Below, piece after piece: positions 48,249 through 58,838 of a DNA stretch of 64,000 nucleotides. The stretch is from Leptonemataceae bacterium. GTDB taxonomy: Bacteria > Spirochaetota > Leptospiria > Leptospirales > Leptonemataceae. Every line of letters begins with the position of its first letter. The stretch's first letter is position 1. The translations under genes were made by a program, and so were the position numbers. The stretch is taken from contig OZ245742.1 in assembly GCA_965227295.1 (NCBI GenBank), forward strand, positions 1,984,001-2,048,000. Reading direction: 5' to 3'. A model generated the notes under the pieces. It was not told the DNA's origin. It did no database searches and worked only from the letters and a program-made list of their open reading frames with translations.

Positions 48249-49664
48249 TTACTGAGGCGCGTCCTCCGGTCCGGCGATGGCGTTGCCGTCCTCGAGGATC
48301 ATCCGAATTAAGCGCGTCATCTCCACCGAGTATTCCACGTTCAGGTCGCGCACGACGCCTTCGCAGAAGCCGTTCACGATGAGTAACTTTGCCTCATCTT
48401 CATTTAAGCCGCGGCTTTGTAAATAGAACAGCATGTCCTCGTCGATCTTAGCCACCGTGGCCTCGTAGTTCAGCGTGCCGTGGGCGCCGCTGACGTCGTT
48501 ATAAGGATACGCGTGCGATTCGCTGCGCTCGTCCATCATGAGGCCGTCGCACTTAATGTGCGAGTACGCGTTCTCGGCGCCCTTTTCGAACTTTACGAGA
48601 CCGCGGTACGAATTGATGCCGCCGTCGAGGGACACGCCCTTCGCGAGAACGTTGGAACGCGTATTCTTACCGGCGTGAATGATGCGTGCGCCCGTATCCT
48701 GGATCTGATTGCCGCCGGCGAAGGCGAGCGAGAGAATGTCGCCGGTGGAGTTATCGCCTTTCAGAATGATGCCCGGATACTTCATGGTCTGCGCGCCGAT
48801 GTTTACGTCCGTCCAGGTGATGTGGGCGCCGCGCTCGGCCACGCCGCGCTTCACCGTCCAGTTGAACATGTTCTTCTTCCAGTTCTGGATCGTGGTGTAG
48901 TGGATGCGGGCGTTGTCCAGCGCCACCAGTTCGACGACGGCGGTGTGAAAGTTCGTGCCGGAATCCTGCACCGAGGAACAGCCCTCGCTGTAGACGATCT
49001 CCGCGCCCTCGTCGGCAATGAGCAGCGTGCGTTCGTACTGACCGGAGGATGCGGCCGTAACCTTGAAGTAGGCCTGGAGCGGCATGGGCGTCTTGACGCC
49101 CTTCGGGCAATAGGCGAACGAGCCGCCGCTGAACACGGCCGAGTTCAACGCCGCAAACTTGTTATCCTCGGGAGTTACGACGCTGCCGATGTACTTCTTC
49201 ACCAGGTCCGGATACTCGCGGATAGCGGTGTCGATGTCGCAGAAGATGATGCCGACTTCTTCAAGTTCCTTTTTGACGTTCGCGTAGACCGTCTCGGAAT
49301 CGTTCATGGCTTCGAGGCCGGCCAGGTAACGGCGCTCGTGTTCGGGGATGCCCAGGCGTTCGAAAGATCGCAGGACCTCCGGATCCACCTCGTCCCAGGA
49401 CTTCTTCTTCTGTTTGTTGGAACCCACGTAGTGCACGTAGGTGTCCAGATCAATCTCGAAGTCCTTCATGAAGCCCCACTGCGGCATGGGTTTGCTTTCG
49501 AAGACATCCAGCGCGCGCAGACGGAACTCCGTCACCCAGCCCGGCTCGTTCTTAATGTGCGAGATGGATTCCACGACCTTCCGGCTGAGGCCGGTCGGGA
49601 ACGCGTCCGGGGCGTAGAAGGCTCCGTCCTGTGGTTTCGTTTGTGTTAATGTATCGGTGGCCAT
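48249..49664 (-). CDS. sufB: Fe-S assembly protein SufB
   Basis: [48 protein letters not shown]. Confidence 0.96.
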   Translation of the reverse strand: MATDTLTQTKPQDGAFYAPDAFPTGLSRKVVESISHIKNEPGWVTEFRLRALDVFESKPMPQWGFMKDFEIDLDTYVHYVGSNKQKKKSWDEVDPEVLRSFERLGIPEHERRYLAGLEAMNDSETVYANVKKELEEVGIIFCDIDTAIREYPDLVKKYIGSVVTPEDNKFAALNSAVFSGGSFAYCPKGVKTPMPLQAYFKVTAASSGQYERTLLIADEGAEIVYSEGCSSVQDSGTNFHTAVVELVALDNARIHYTTIQNWKKNMFNWTVKRGVAERGAHITWTDVNIGAQTMKYPGIILKGDNSTGDILSLAFAGGNQIQDTGARIIHAGKNTRSNVLAKGVSLDGGINSYRGLVKFEKGAENAYSHIKCDGLMMDERSESHAYPYNDVSGAHGTLNYEATVAKIDEDMLFYLQSRGLNEDEAKLLIVNGFCEGVVRDLNVEYSVEMTRLIRMILEDGNAIAGPEDAPQ

Positions 49665-49755
49665 AAGATCTTACTCTGCTGCTTTAAACAAGTCGTACGG
49701 GAGGTGGTACGGCAAGGACTTTGTCACGGGGCGCCGTTCCGGCCGGGGGCGGTGG

Positions 49756-50292
49756 CTAAGGGTATTTGGAGCGGATGAGTGCGTAGAATTCTTCGCGGCT
49801 ACCGCCCGCCTTGATGCGGGCGAGTTCCCGCCAGTCGTTCTCGGTCCAGGCCGCGAGCTTCAGGCCGAGAACGGCCTCCTCCGTCGGCGCGCCGATGACC
49901 AGGCGTTCGTTGAAGTCCGGATTGCCGGGGTAAACGAGGTCCGTGAGGGCGACGTAACGCAGGCCGGTGTAGTAGTTCTTCGACCACTGCATGAGCTGCA
50001 TGGCTTTCTCGGGCGGAAAGGACGTGCCCACCCAGACGGCCCCGGAGTTGTTCGCGGAATACGGAATGGGCCGCAGATCCAGGTACTGGCCGGGGATCTC
50101 CAGGTCCTCCGCCAGAATCAGGATACGGCCGGCCTTGTCCATGCGGGCCAGCAGGATGCGCGGGCCCGGTTCCGGGCCGACGAAAGGTACGAATTCGCGC
50201 CAGGTCGTGCCGCAGCCGCCGAGAAAAGCGGTGCCGAGAACTACGAGGATGGCGCCCAGGCGCGGGCGATGCAGGAATCGGAACATAGACAT
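49756..50292 (-). CDS. Hypothetical lipoprotein
   Basis: Basic N-terminus, hydrophobic stretch, LGGC lipobox. Confidence 0.7.
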   Translation of the reverse strand: MSMFRFLHRPRLGAILVVLGTAFLGGCGTTWREFVPFVGPEPGPRILLARMDKAGRILILAEDLEIPGQYLDLRPIPYSANNSGAVWVGTSFPPEKAMQLMQWSKNYYTGLRYVALTDLVYPGNPDFNERLVIGAPTEEAVLGLKLAAWTENDWRELARIKAGGSREEFYALIRSKYP

Positions 50293-50765
50293 TATATAGA
50301 AAGAATCGGAAATTCAGAGCCCCGGAACGTCAAGACATAGTCATCCCCGGATTCGCGAATCCAGTCGGCCAGTTCCAGCAGCAGGCTGGATTGAATGCGT
50401 CCCCGGGGAAAGCCCTCTTTCCCGGCACTGTGCGCCGGATGATAGAGTACGCCCGTCCTGGAGACCTGGAGCCGGTCCGGCTCGAAATCGCAGTGCAGTC
50501 CGCTGTAGTTGTACTCCAACTGCGCCGGCCCGTTCGGATTCTTCGGCTCCGTCAAACGCATGAAGACGATGGGGCTGTCGGAGGTGGATACGTAGTTTTG
50601 CTCAGGTCCGCACGGAGATACGTACGGGCATTCACTATGGTAGTCGCCGGTGTTGGGGCGCAGGCGTGAGAAGAAAAAGGCCAGGAATCGCTGATCCTCC
50701 AACCGGGTGCCGTCGTGGAAGAGTCGGCCCTCTAAGTCAATGGTATAAAAGTATTCTCGCTGCAT
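50292..50765 (-). CDS. DUF4505 (C8orf82/UPF0598-like) protein
   Basis: REYFYTID..G.LF, FLAFFFSRLRPN, PYVSPCG.E.NY...D.PIVF, LYHP. ATG at 50765. Confidence 0.75.
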   Translation of the reverse strand: MQREYFYTIDLEGRLFHDGTRLEDQRFLAFFFSRLRPNTGDYHSECPYVSPCGPEQNYVSTSDSPIVFMRLTEPKNPNGPAQLEYNYSGLHCDFEPDRLQVSRTGVLYHPAHSAGKEGFPRGRIQSSLLLELADWIRESGDDYVLTFRGSEFPILSI

Positions 50766-51109
50766 TGCGTCCGTCCGGCAAGAGGTAAAACTAATGGTAC
50801 TACAAATTACAGCCTTTTTCCGGGTGAAAATAACCGTTTTTTCATGAAATCCCAACACCCGTTGAACATCGCAGCCGGGATAAGCTCCGATCAGTGAAGG
50901 TTTACAAAAATCCGCCTAATCTCGTACCGCCGAGGGTTAAAAAGGGTAAGCTTGTCGGCGAAAGGAGCGACAGTAGTAGTCTTTCGTTAGAGATTGGTAA
51001 AAAAAGCTTTATTTCTTTACTAAAACTAAGGTTTTCTTCAGCTTCAGCTTGACAACCCGCATTCACGTGATTTCCTTGCAGGAAAGCCTATCAGAAGGGG
51101 TATGTAGAA

Positions 51110-51511
51110 ATGGCTAAATTAAATAAAATTGCCGGAATCAGTGAAGATTACGCAGTGAAGCTGAAAAGCGCCGGCGTGACCACGATCGAGAAGCTTCTGT
51201 CGCACGGCGATACGAAGCAGGGTCGTAAGGCCATCGCTCAAAAAGCGCAGATCAACGAGAAGCTCGTAAGCAAGTGGGTGCACCACGCCGACTTCTTCCG
51301 CATCAAAGGCATCGCCGGACTCAAGGCGGAACTGCTGGAGCAGGCCGGTGTGCCGACCGTTACGGTCCTCGGTAAGCAGGATCCGGACAAGCTGTACGAG
51401 AAACTGGTAAAAGTGAACAACAAAGCCAATCTCGTCGAGCGGGTGCCCGGCATCGTTCAGGTTCGTCGCTGGGTCAAAACCGCGAAGAAACTGAAATCCT
51501 CCGTCAAGTAA
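51110..51511 (+). CDS. DUF4332-family helix-hairpin-helix protein
   Basis: IAGI...KLKSAGV, WVHHADFFRIKGI, ELLEQAGV, QVRRWV. Confidence 0.85.
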   Translation: MAKLNKIAGISEDYAVKLKSAGVTTIEKLLSHGDTKQGRKAIAQKAQINEKLVSKWVHHADFFRIKGIAGLKAELLEQAGVPTVTVLGKQDPDKLYEKLVKVNNKANLVERVPGIVQVRRWVKTAKKLKSSVK

Positions 51512-51535
51512 GCAAAGCGTACTGACTGAATAACG

Positions 51536-51581
51536 AAACGCATCCCGCCGGTGCCGAACAGCGCCGCGGGATGCGTTTTTT
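51536..51581 (+). terminator. Rho-independent terminator
   Basis: AAACGCATCCCG...CGGGATGCGTTT followed by a T-run. Confidence 0.75.
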
Positions 51582-51618
51582 AATAGCCAGGGTCGTGGCG
51601 AACGGGGTACCGGCAGGT

Positions 51619-52527
51619 GTGCAGGACGAAATCCCCGGAATCATCAGCCAGGCTTCTCCCGACGCGGTCTCTATCCCCGCGGCCTTTCTTCTCGGCATCA
51701 TACAAGGACTCACCGAGTTCCTGCCGGTCTCCAGCACGGCGCATTTGCGCATCGTCTCCGCCTTTCTCGACATGCCGGACCCCGGCGCCGCCTATTCCGC
51801 GGTCATTCAACTCGGAACACTGATTGCCCTGCTGATCTTCTTCCGCCAGGATCTCGTCGAATTCAGTCGTGCTTCCCTCGGCGGCCTCCTCGGCGGTGAG
51901 CCCTTTCGCGATCTGAACGCGCGCATGGCCTACTTCCTCATTCTCGGCACGGTGCCGGTCTCGGTCTTCGGCCTCTTGCTCTCGGACTACATCAAAGGCC
52001 CTTTTCGATCGCTCTACGTAATTGCCGGTAGCCTCATCGTACTCGGCCTCCTGCTCTATGTTGCCGACCGCCGGCTGGCGAAGCTCGCCGCCGCCAGCCA
52101 GGCCGCTGATGGATCGTCGTCTTTGCGCGGTATCGAAAACGTCCACTGGTGGGACGCGCTGCTGATCGGCCTTGCCCAGAGCCTGGCGCTGGTTCCCGGT
52201 TCCTCGCGCTCGGGCACCACGCTCACCATGGGGCTGTTCCTGGGATTCAGTCGCTACGCGGCCATGCGCTTCTCGTTCTTGCTGTCGATCCCGGCCATTG
52301 GCCTGTCCGGCGTCTATGAACTCATTAAGGACTACCACGAACTGGAGCAGGCGGGCCTGGCCGGTTTGATTGTAGGAACTCTGACATCGGCCGTGGTGGG
52401 GTACGCCGCCGTAGCCGGCCTGCTGCGCTATCTGCGCACTCACAGCACTTTGCCGTTCGTTCTGTATCGCATCGGAATGGGCCTGCTGATTCTGGGCCTG
52501 CTCTACGCCGGCTGGATCGAGCCCTGA
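51619..52527 (+). CDS. uppP: Undecaprenyl-diphosphate phosphatase
   Basis: GIIQGLTEFLPVSSTAH, IQLG, PGSSRSG, RFSFLLSIP. Start uncertain (GTG 51619). Confidence 0.95.
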   Translation: MQDEIPGIISQASPDAVSIPAAFLLGIIQGLTEFLPVSSTAHLRIVSAFLDMPDPGAAYSAVIQLGTLIALLIFFRQDLVEFSRASLGGLLGGEPFRDLNARMAYFLILGTVPVSVFGLLLSDYIKGPFRSLYVIAGSLIVLGLLLYVADRRLAKLAAASQAADGSSSLRGIENVHWWDALLIGLAQSLALVPGSSRSGTTLTMGLFLGFSRYAAMRFSFLLSIPAIGLSGVYELIKDYHELEQAGLAGLIVGTLTSAVVGYAAVAGLLRYLRTHSTLPFVLYRIGMGLLILGLLYAGWIEP

Positions 52528-52633
52528 GTCGTGAAGCCCTCCTGGCCAGGTCCCGGCTTTTATAATGGAAAAAGTCCTGTCTTTTTCTGCGACCTGGGGA
52601 CATAACTGGCCGGGATTTCCCACAATGGGATAT

Positions 52634-52660
52634 TAAGCGCTCCCGCGAAAACGCCGATAG
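52634..52660 (+). promoter_or_regulatory. Sigma-28 (FliA) promoter of fliS
   Basis: TAAG-N15-GCCGATAG versus consensus TAAA-N15-GCCGATAA. Confidence 0.75.
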
Positions 52661-52716
52661 GGTGATCACAGGGCGGGACCACAGGGTAGCCCTCTGCAAC
52701 GGATTCAGGGGAGAAT

Positions 52717-53169
52717 ATGGCAGCAGCACGAAAAAATCAATACGACGCGTACAAGGATACCGAGATCTCCACCGCGAACCAGGGCAAACTCATTGTGATG
52801 CTCTACGACGGTGCCGTGCGGTTCCTCAAGATCGCCGTAGAGAACATGGAACCGCGGTCCTACGATGTCGTGAACACGAACATCATCAAGGCGCAGGACA
52901 TCATCACCGAACTCATGCTCGCCCTGAATATGGACGAAGGCGGCGAGATTGCCGGGAACCTGTTCAATCTTTACGCCTACATGAAAAAGCGCCTCCTGGA
53001 AGGCAACATTGCCAAAGACGTGGCCCATCTGGAAGAAGTGATCGGCTTCCTGGATCAACTGCGTACCGCCTGGGAAGAAGTTGCCGCCCAGGAAACCGGC
53101 AAGCCGAAGATGGCCCCGGCCGTGTCCATCCGCCAGGAAGAAGGCGCCGGCTTTTCGATCAAAGGCTAG
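52717..53169 (+). CDS. fliS: Flagellin chaperone FliS
   Basis: AY..T.I.TA....LIVMLYDGA, KAQDIITEL, GGEIAGNLFNLYAYM, LRTAW. Confidence 0.95.
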   Translation: MAAARKNQYDAYKDTEISTANQGKLIVMLYDGAVRFLKIAVENMEPRSYDVVNTNIIKAQDIITELMLALNMDEGGEIAGNLFNLYAYMKKRLLEGNIAKDVAHLEEVIGFLDQLRTAWEEVAAQETGKPKMAPAVSIRQEEGAGFSIKG

Positions 53170-53310
53170 CGCCTGAATGGCCACTCTTCCAGCCCGCGAA
53201 TAGAGCGGGTGCGCCATCGGCTTTATCCTCCGGCCCGCGGAGAGAGCGGGCCTCCGGACAAAGCCGATGGCTGGAATACTGATCACCGCGACCGTATCTG
53301 AAGTACTGGC

Positions 53311-53643
53311 ATGACAACGCATCATCCTTCTACTCCTCGTGCTTTGCTGCGGCTTTTGCGGCGTCGACTCGGCCGGCGCGTTGCGCTGCTGCGACTTGGT
53401 CAGTTCGATGCGGCGATCGAGATGGAAGATCTGCTCGCGGAAAGTCTGCAACATTTGCAACAGGCCGCGGCGGGGGATGCCTTCTCCTCTGCTGACCGCG
53501 CGCTGTTTGTCGAATGCTCCGCCCTCGCCGACGAGGCCCAGGCTCGCCTCGAACGCGAACGTGAACTTCTCCGCCGGGAGTGGATCGAGGTCCAGGTCGA
53601 CGGCGAACTCCTGCGCTTCCGCCGGGAAGCCGCGGCCGTCTGA
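53311..53643 (+). CDS. Hypothetical helical protein
   Basis: 110-aa ORF downstream of fliS; no family recognised. Confidence 0.5.
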   Translation: MTTHHPSTPRALLRLLRRRLGRRVALLRLGQFDAAIEMEDLLAESLQHLQQAAAGDAFSSADRALFVECSALADEAQARLERERELLRREWIEVQVDGELLRFRREAAAV

Positions 53644-53778
53644 TCTTCCCATCCGCCCGCTATTGTTCGTTTTTCGTTAGCTTTCTGTGACTTCCCGGAG
53701 CCCCAAAAACCGGTAGACGCGAGAACAATTCGGCGCTCCTCTACGTCGAATTGCCTGCATTTTCCCCAGGAGAGAGTC

Positions 53779-55488
53779 ATGTCCCGGATTTCATTTCGAT
53801 CCTATTCCCGTAATCTGCGCTTCCTGAAATACGCGTTGCTGGTCGGTTTTGTTTTTGCCGCACCCATGCTCGCCGGCCCGCTGGCCGCTCAGGGGCGTCT
53901 GGCGCTGATTGTCGGCTCCAACTACAAGGGCAACGCCTCCGGCATTCCGCCGCTGGACCTGTGCGAGGCCGACGCCAATCTCATGAAGAAAACCCTCGAG
54001 ACCCACGGCGGCTTCAAGCACGTCGAGGTTCTGCTCGGGAAAATGGTGACCTCGTCCCGGCTGGAAAAGGCCATCGACACGCTTTCCAGCAAGGCCGGCT
54101 CCAAAGATACCGTCGTCCTCTACTTTTCAGGACACGGCACCTACCAGCGCGACAGCTCGGCGCCGAACGGTTTACGCAACTACATCGTAATGTACGATCG
54201 GCCGCACGTACCGGATAACGTGCTGAACACCTGGGTCGGCAAGATCAAAACGCCGAAGCTCGTGTGGATCTTCGACTGCTGCTATTCCGGCGGTATCGCG
54301 AAGAAAGGGAAGAAATCCCGGGGCCAGGGCGACGTCCCCATCGACGACGACCAGAAAGGCAAGGTCATCGAAAACGGAAAGGACATCTACTTCCAGGACA
54401 AAGCCATCATGGCTTCCAGCGATGCGAACGAGACTTCGATTGAAGTGCGCGGCGGCATCAACCACGGCATCTTTACATACTACCTGGCGCAAGGGCTACA
54501 ACCACGCAACGGGGACTTAAACAAAGACGGCACCGTTACGGCCCTCGAAGCCTTCGAGTGGACGAAGACCCGCGTCATCAAAAAGGCGAAAGAGTTCAAT
54601 CACCGCCAGACGCCGCAGATCTCCGGCCATGCTTCGGGCATCCTCATTGCCGGTAAGACCGATCCCAAACCGCCGGAACCGGAACCCGTTAAGCCCGATC
54701 CGGAACCGGTTACGCCGGACCCCGAACCGCAGCCGGAACCCGGTCCCACGCCTCCGGACGTCGAAGATCCGGTGACGCCGGACGAGCCGGACGTCGTCGA
54801 ACACGACGAGAAATCCAAAGCGGTCATCGTGACCACGATCTACAAATCCATGCAGGCCGGCCCGACGCCCATGAACCCCGTGCAGATCCTGGCGCGGAAT
54901 AAGCGCGGCAACGACGACCGTCGCATCAAGGTCACCGTCTCCGGCAACGAGTACGAAACGAAAATCTCCTGGCTCGACGCGCGGCAGTTGAAGGCGCGCA
55001 CCGGTGAAACGATTCCGCTCGGCTGGTATACCTACAAGGGCAAACGCTACAAAAACCAGGTGGCCCTCATCGAAGTCAGCGGCATTCCCACGGGCGTGCA
55101 CGAGATCGAGATCCAGGCCGATGGTTATCCCATCATCCAGGAACGACTGGGTGTGGAAGACAACTCGCGGAACAACGAACTCTTCGTGGTCACCTCGCTC
55201 GCGGACTTCGGCATGATCCGCGGCAAGGTCTTCTACAAGAACTTCGAGCAGCCGTTGCGCGGGCAGACCGTCTGGATGCCGGTGGTGAAGACCGTAAACC
55301 AGCAGCACAAGATGAAGACCACCAGCGACGGTTCGTTCTGGTTCCTCAACCTGCCTCCGGGAGCGGATTACTTCATCAAGCCGTCCTTTGCCGAAAGCAC
55401 GCCGCTGGACGACAAGTATCTGACCGTGGAGGCCGGCAAGGTGACCACCGTGGACGTGGTCCTTAAGGTGAAGACGGGCTTGCGCTGA
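53779..55488 (+). CDS. Exported caspase-like (peptidase C14) protein
   Basis: Signal peptide, ALIVGSNY, YFSGHG and FDCCYSG dyad, HGIFTYYL, DLNKDG, QTPQ, Pro/Glu linker, beta-rich C-terminus. Confidence 0.88.
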   Translation: MSRISFRSYSRNLRFLKYALLVGFVFAAPMLAGPLAAQGRLALIVGSNYKGNASGIPPLDLCEADANLMKKTLETHGGFKHVEVLLGKMVTSSRLEKAIDTLSSKAGSKDTVVLYFSGHGTYQRDSSAPNGLRNYIVMYDRPHVPDNVLNTWVGKIKTPKLVWIFDCCYSGGIAKKGKKSRGQGDVPIDDDQKGKVIENGKDIYFQDKAIMASSDANETSIEVRGGINHGIFTYYLAQGLQPRNGDLNKDGTVTALEAFEWTKTRVIKKAKEFNHRQTPQISGHASGILIAGKTDPKPPEPEPVKPDPEPVTPDPEPQPEPGPTPPDVEDPVTPDEPDVVEHDEKSKAVIVTTIYKSMQAGPTPMNPVQILARNKRGNDDRRIKVTVSGNEYETKISWLDARQLKARTGETIPLGWYTYKGKRYKNQVALIEVSGIPTGVHEIEIQADGYPIIQERLGVEDNSRNNELFVVTSLADFGMIRGKVFYKNFEQPLRGQTVWMPVVKTVNQQHKMKTTSDGSFWFLNLPPGADYFIKPSFAESTPLDDKYLTVEAGKVTTVDVVLKVKTGLR

Positions 55489-55513
55489 CATTCAGCGCGG
55501 CCCGTATGGAGCT

Positions 55514-55774
55514 ATGTGGAAGTTTTTCCTCGTCCTGCTCATCCTGTTCGCGATTTCGGCCTACGCCGTCCACCGGCTGCTGCGCTTCCTGAACAGGCTC
55601 GTTGAGCGGGGCGAGGAGATCAAAGAACGCCTGCGCGAGGTCGGGCGCGGCCCCGGCGACCCGGTTTCCGGTGGCTTCGGCGGCGATTTTCCCGCCTCCC
55701 GCCGCGAAAAAGACATATCGGACCGGGTCCGGGTCATCGAAGAAAGTGACGGAAATTCCGATGACGGCCGATAA
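55514..55774 (+). CDS. Small single-TM hypothetical protein
   Basis: GGAG RBS, N-terminal TM, operonic spacing. Confidence 0.7.
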   Translation: MWKFFLVLLILFAISAYAVHRLLRFLNRLVERGEEIKERLREVGRGPGDPVSGGFGGDFPASRREKDISDRVRVIEESDGNSDDGR

Positions 55775-55783
55775 TCTAGAAAG

Positions 55784-57157
55784 ATGAAGCCCTCATTGTT
55801 CGCACAGTTGCGCCGCCTGTTCCTCGCGGTGACTCTGGTCCTCTCGGCCACGGCCTGCCAGAGCGTCTACGATACCCAACCGGACTTCGAAGAGTCTCGC
55901 CAGCGCATCCTGAGCGGCGATCAGGAAGCCGCGAAAGAAGAAGTTCAGATCATCGTCCGGGACATCAACCAGATCCCGAAGAAGTTCCACGACGAAGCCG
56001 TCAAGAACGTGGCCATGAACAAAAGCGAGACCGGTCAGCAAGGTCTCATCACCCTCATGGAGCACCCGTCGCTGCGAGACGACGAATTGCGCGCGGAGAT
56101 TGCGAATACCCTGGTGGAGCGTGATGAAGAGGGTTCCCTGGAAGCGCTGCTCATCGCGGCGGAAAATCGACCGAACATCGTCACTCCGGAAGTGATCGCT
56201 TACTTCGGCGAAAAGCAGTACTTACGCGCCATCCCGCTGCTGCAGAAGCAGGTCGAAGCGGGCAAACACATCAATGAAGCCGTGGCCGCGCTGTACCAAA
56301 TGGAAGATCCGGGCGCAAATGAGTACATTCTGTCTTTATCCATGAACCAGCCGGACGAGCTGCGCGAGCTGTCTCTGGAAACCGTGGCGCAGATGCCGCC
56401 GGAAGACGGCGTGCATTCGAAGGCCGTGCCGATCTACGAAGGGATCGTGCGCAAGTATCGGGACGAACCGCGTTCGCTGGTGGTTCTGTCGATCCAGGGG
56501 CTCGCAGAGTACGGGAGCGAGGATACCTCTTTCGAAGCCTTACGTACGCTTTACGAAACGACGGACGATGCGACGCTGCAACAATCGGCCCTGGCAGCCA
56601 TGGCACGCCTGCGCAACACCACCGCCGAACAACTCGAGCGGGAACTGAACACGGCCCTGCTCGACATTGAGGCGCAGATTGAGTATCTGCGTACGAAGGA
56701 CGTCGAGGAAGAAAAAGAGCCGGAAAAAGAAGTCGTTGAGAAAGTCGAGAAAGAAGAGCGACCTAAGCCGGTGCGCAAGAAGCGCGCACGGTACGACAGC
56801 AAGTATCGCCAGCGCCTGGATCGTAAGTTTGACAGTGTCTTCGGTCCGGATCTTTCGAGTCAACTACAGGCGCATTTAAATAACGTTCTTTTAAGCTACG
56901 CCGATTGGAAAGACGACGCCAAGGGCCGCTTCATTCTGCGATCGTACCGCAAGTACTACGGCGGGGACGACGACGGCGCTCGCAAACGTTTGCGCGAAGG
57001 CCTGGATCATCCCGGCAGTTTCTCCGTGATCGTGAAGAACATCATCGCCGAGTACGACAATGACGCCATGCGCATCTATGCCATGTCGCAGTTCTTCAAC
57101 ATCAAACGCTGGCAGGCCGCCATTCTTCTGGATATGGTCCGCTACAATCAGATCTAA
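55784..57157 (+). CDS. Lipoprotein with HEAT-like helical repeats
   Basis: SATAC lipobox; helical repeats such as AVAAL, SIQGLAEYG and SALAAMARL. Confidence 0.75.
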   Translation: MKPSLFAQLRRLFLAVTLVLSATACQSVYDTQPDFEESRQRILSGDQEAAKEEVQIIVRDINQIPKKFHDEAVKNVAMNKSETGQQGLITLMEHPSLRDDELRAEIANTLVERDEEGSLEALLIAAENRPNIVTPEVIAYFGEKQYLRAIPLLQKQVEAGKHINEAVAALYQMEDPGANEYILSLSMNQPDELRELSLETVAQMPPEDGVHSKAVPIYEGIVRKYRDEPRSLVVLSIQGLAEYGSEDTSFEALRTLYETTDDATLQQSALAAMARLRNTTAEQLERELNTALLDIEAQIEYLRTKDVEEEKEPEKEVVEKVEKEERPKPVRKKRARYDSKYRQRLDRKFDSVFGPDLSSQLQAHLNNVLLSYADWKDDAKGRFILRSYRKYYGGDDDGARKRLREGLDHPGSFSVIVKNIIAEYDNDAMRIYAMSQFFNIKRWQAAILLDMVRYNQI

Positions 57158-57161
57158 ACCT

Positions 57162-57749
57162 ATGCTCCGGAACTATTTCGTCGCGCTGCTCCTTCTGTTC
57201 AGTGTGGCCGGATGTTCTACGCAAATTCGCGGAACCTTCGGCTGGACTGCCGTGGATGATCGTGGCATCGAAGACTTCGAGCGCGGCCTGTTGCTCGAAA
57301 CCGAGTTTCGCATTAAACGCGAGAATCTCTACTTCTTCGATTATCAGACCATCTGGTGGGTCTATCAAATCCGCGGCGGCCGTTACAGCGGCGACGGCTT
57401 TCTTGCGGCGCTCTACGAAAACAACAACACACCGGACCCGGTGGAAGTGGACCTGCGTCGCGTGCCGATTCTCCGCGACGGTTCGTATGATTACATTCGC
57501 CAGTACTACGAGGATCTCTCGCCGGGTCGTTATCTCTTAAAGATCGCCTACGAATCCGAGGTCGTCGATCAGGTGGAGTTCTTCATTGTGCCGCCGGGCG
57601 GACCGTCCGAAATGATCCGCGACGACGAGTTTGCCAACTTCGAGGAGATGCGTCACGAAGACGTCGAAGAAGATTTTCACCGCGACCGCGAGGGCAGCGG
57701 ACGCGACGAAGAGTTCGACGAGATTTTGCGGTACTCAGGCGGGCTGTGA
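57162..57749 (+). CDS. Hypothetical lipoprotein
   Basis: MLRNYFVALLLLFSVAGC lipobox; ATG 4 nt after the upstream stop. Confidence 0.75.
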   Translation: MLRNYFVALLLLFSVAGCSTQIRGTFGWTAVDDRGIEDFERGLLLETEFRIKRENLYFFDYQTIWWVYQIRGGRYSGDGFLAALYENNNTPDPVEVDLRRVPILRDGSYDYIRQYYEDLSPGRYLLKIAYESEVVDQVEFFIVPPGGPSEMIRDDEFANFEEMRHEDVEEDFHRDREGSGRDEEFDEILRYSGGL

Positions 57750-57773
57750 GATCGTCCGCCGTAAGCGACGTCG

Positions 57774-58838
57774 TCAGGAAACAGCAAAGCCCCGCACCGT
57801 ATCGATCATGGCCTGCACGTTTTCGATGGGCGTCTGCGGATGAATGCCGTGTCCCAGATTAAAGACGTACCCCCTGCGTTTGCCGTAATTGTGAAGCACC
57901 GCCTGCGTCGCCGCCCGCACGCGTTCCGGATCGCCGTACAACGTCAGCGGGTCTAAGTTACCCTGAAGTGCCATTTGCGCCGGCGCGAGTTCGAGAACGT
58001 CTTCCGCGCGTACGCGCCAGTCCAGGCTCAGCACGTTCGGTTCCTGGGCGATCATTTCGCGCAGCAAATGCGCACTGTTGCCGACGAACAGGATGATCGG
58101 TTTGTCCGAGCGCTTGCGTAGTGCGGCGATGATCTTTGCCGTGTAGGGTGCCGAGAATTCGGCGTAGTCCGCCGGGGAGAGAATGCCGCCCCAGGAGTCG
58201 AAGATCTGCACGGCATCCGCCCCGGTTTCCAGTTGCATGGCGAGATACTCGACGGTGATTTCGCACAGGCGTTCGCTTAACTTATGAAAAAACGCACTTT
58301 GTCCGAAAACGGCGGCCTTGGTTTTTTCGAAACGCTTCGAGGTACCGCCCTCGACGATGTAGCTGGCCAGGGTAAACGGGGCGCCGGCAAAACCCAGGAG
58401 CGCCGGCCGATCCTGCTCAATGCCGTCGATGTGCGCGCGCAGGCGTGTCAGGATTTCCGTGACGTGCGCGGTATCCCGTGCGGCGTCGAAGCTGTCGATC
58501 AATCTCAACTCGCTTTCGCTGCGAATGGTACGATCGAGGACGGGCCCCTTCGATTCCTCGAAGTGCAACGGAATGCCCGCCGCCTTGATCGGCGTGAGGA
58601 TGTCCGAAAACATGATGATGCCGTCCGGGGCGAAGCGGTGGTACGGTTGCAGACTGATTTCTACGGCCAGGTCGGGGTTTTCGGAAAGATCCAGGAACGT
58701 GCGACCCGTGCGGATTTCCTGATACTCCGGAAGATAACGACCGGCCTGGCGCATGTACCAGAGCGGCACGGTTTCCACGGCTTCGCCGCGCAGCGCGCGT
58801 ACCAAAAGCGGAGTGTTTGAATTATTGGGAGAGTTCAT
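57774..58838 (-). CDS. hemE: Uroporphyrinogen decarboxylase
   Basis: PLWYMRQAGRYLPEY, FSDIL, GAPFTLASY, QIFDSW, NLGHGI. Confidence 0.97.
   Translation of the reverse strand: MNSPNNSNTPLLVRALRGEAVETVPLWYMRQAGRYLPEYQEIRTGRTFLDLSENPDLAVEISLQPYHRFAPDGIIMFSDILTPIKAAGIPLHFEESKGPVLDRTIRSESELRLIDSFDAARDTAHVTEILTRLRAHIDGIEQDRPALLGFAGAPFTLASYIVEGGTSKRFEKTKAAVFGQSAFFHKLSERLCEITVEYLAMQLETGADAVQIFDSWGGILSPADYAEFSAPYTAKIIAALRKRSDKPIILFVGNSAHLLREMIAQEPNVLSLDWRVRAEDVLELAPAQMALQGNLDPLTLYGDPERVRAATQAVLHNYGKRRGYVFNLGHGIHPQTPIENVQAMIDTVRGFAVS

Noticed and set aside
54661..54790. Repetitive CCGGAACC-type DNA
   Set aside because: Explained by the Pro/Glu/Asp linker codons of the caspase-like gene.
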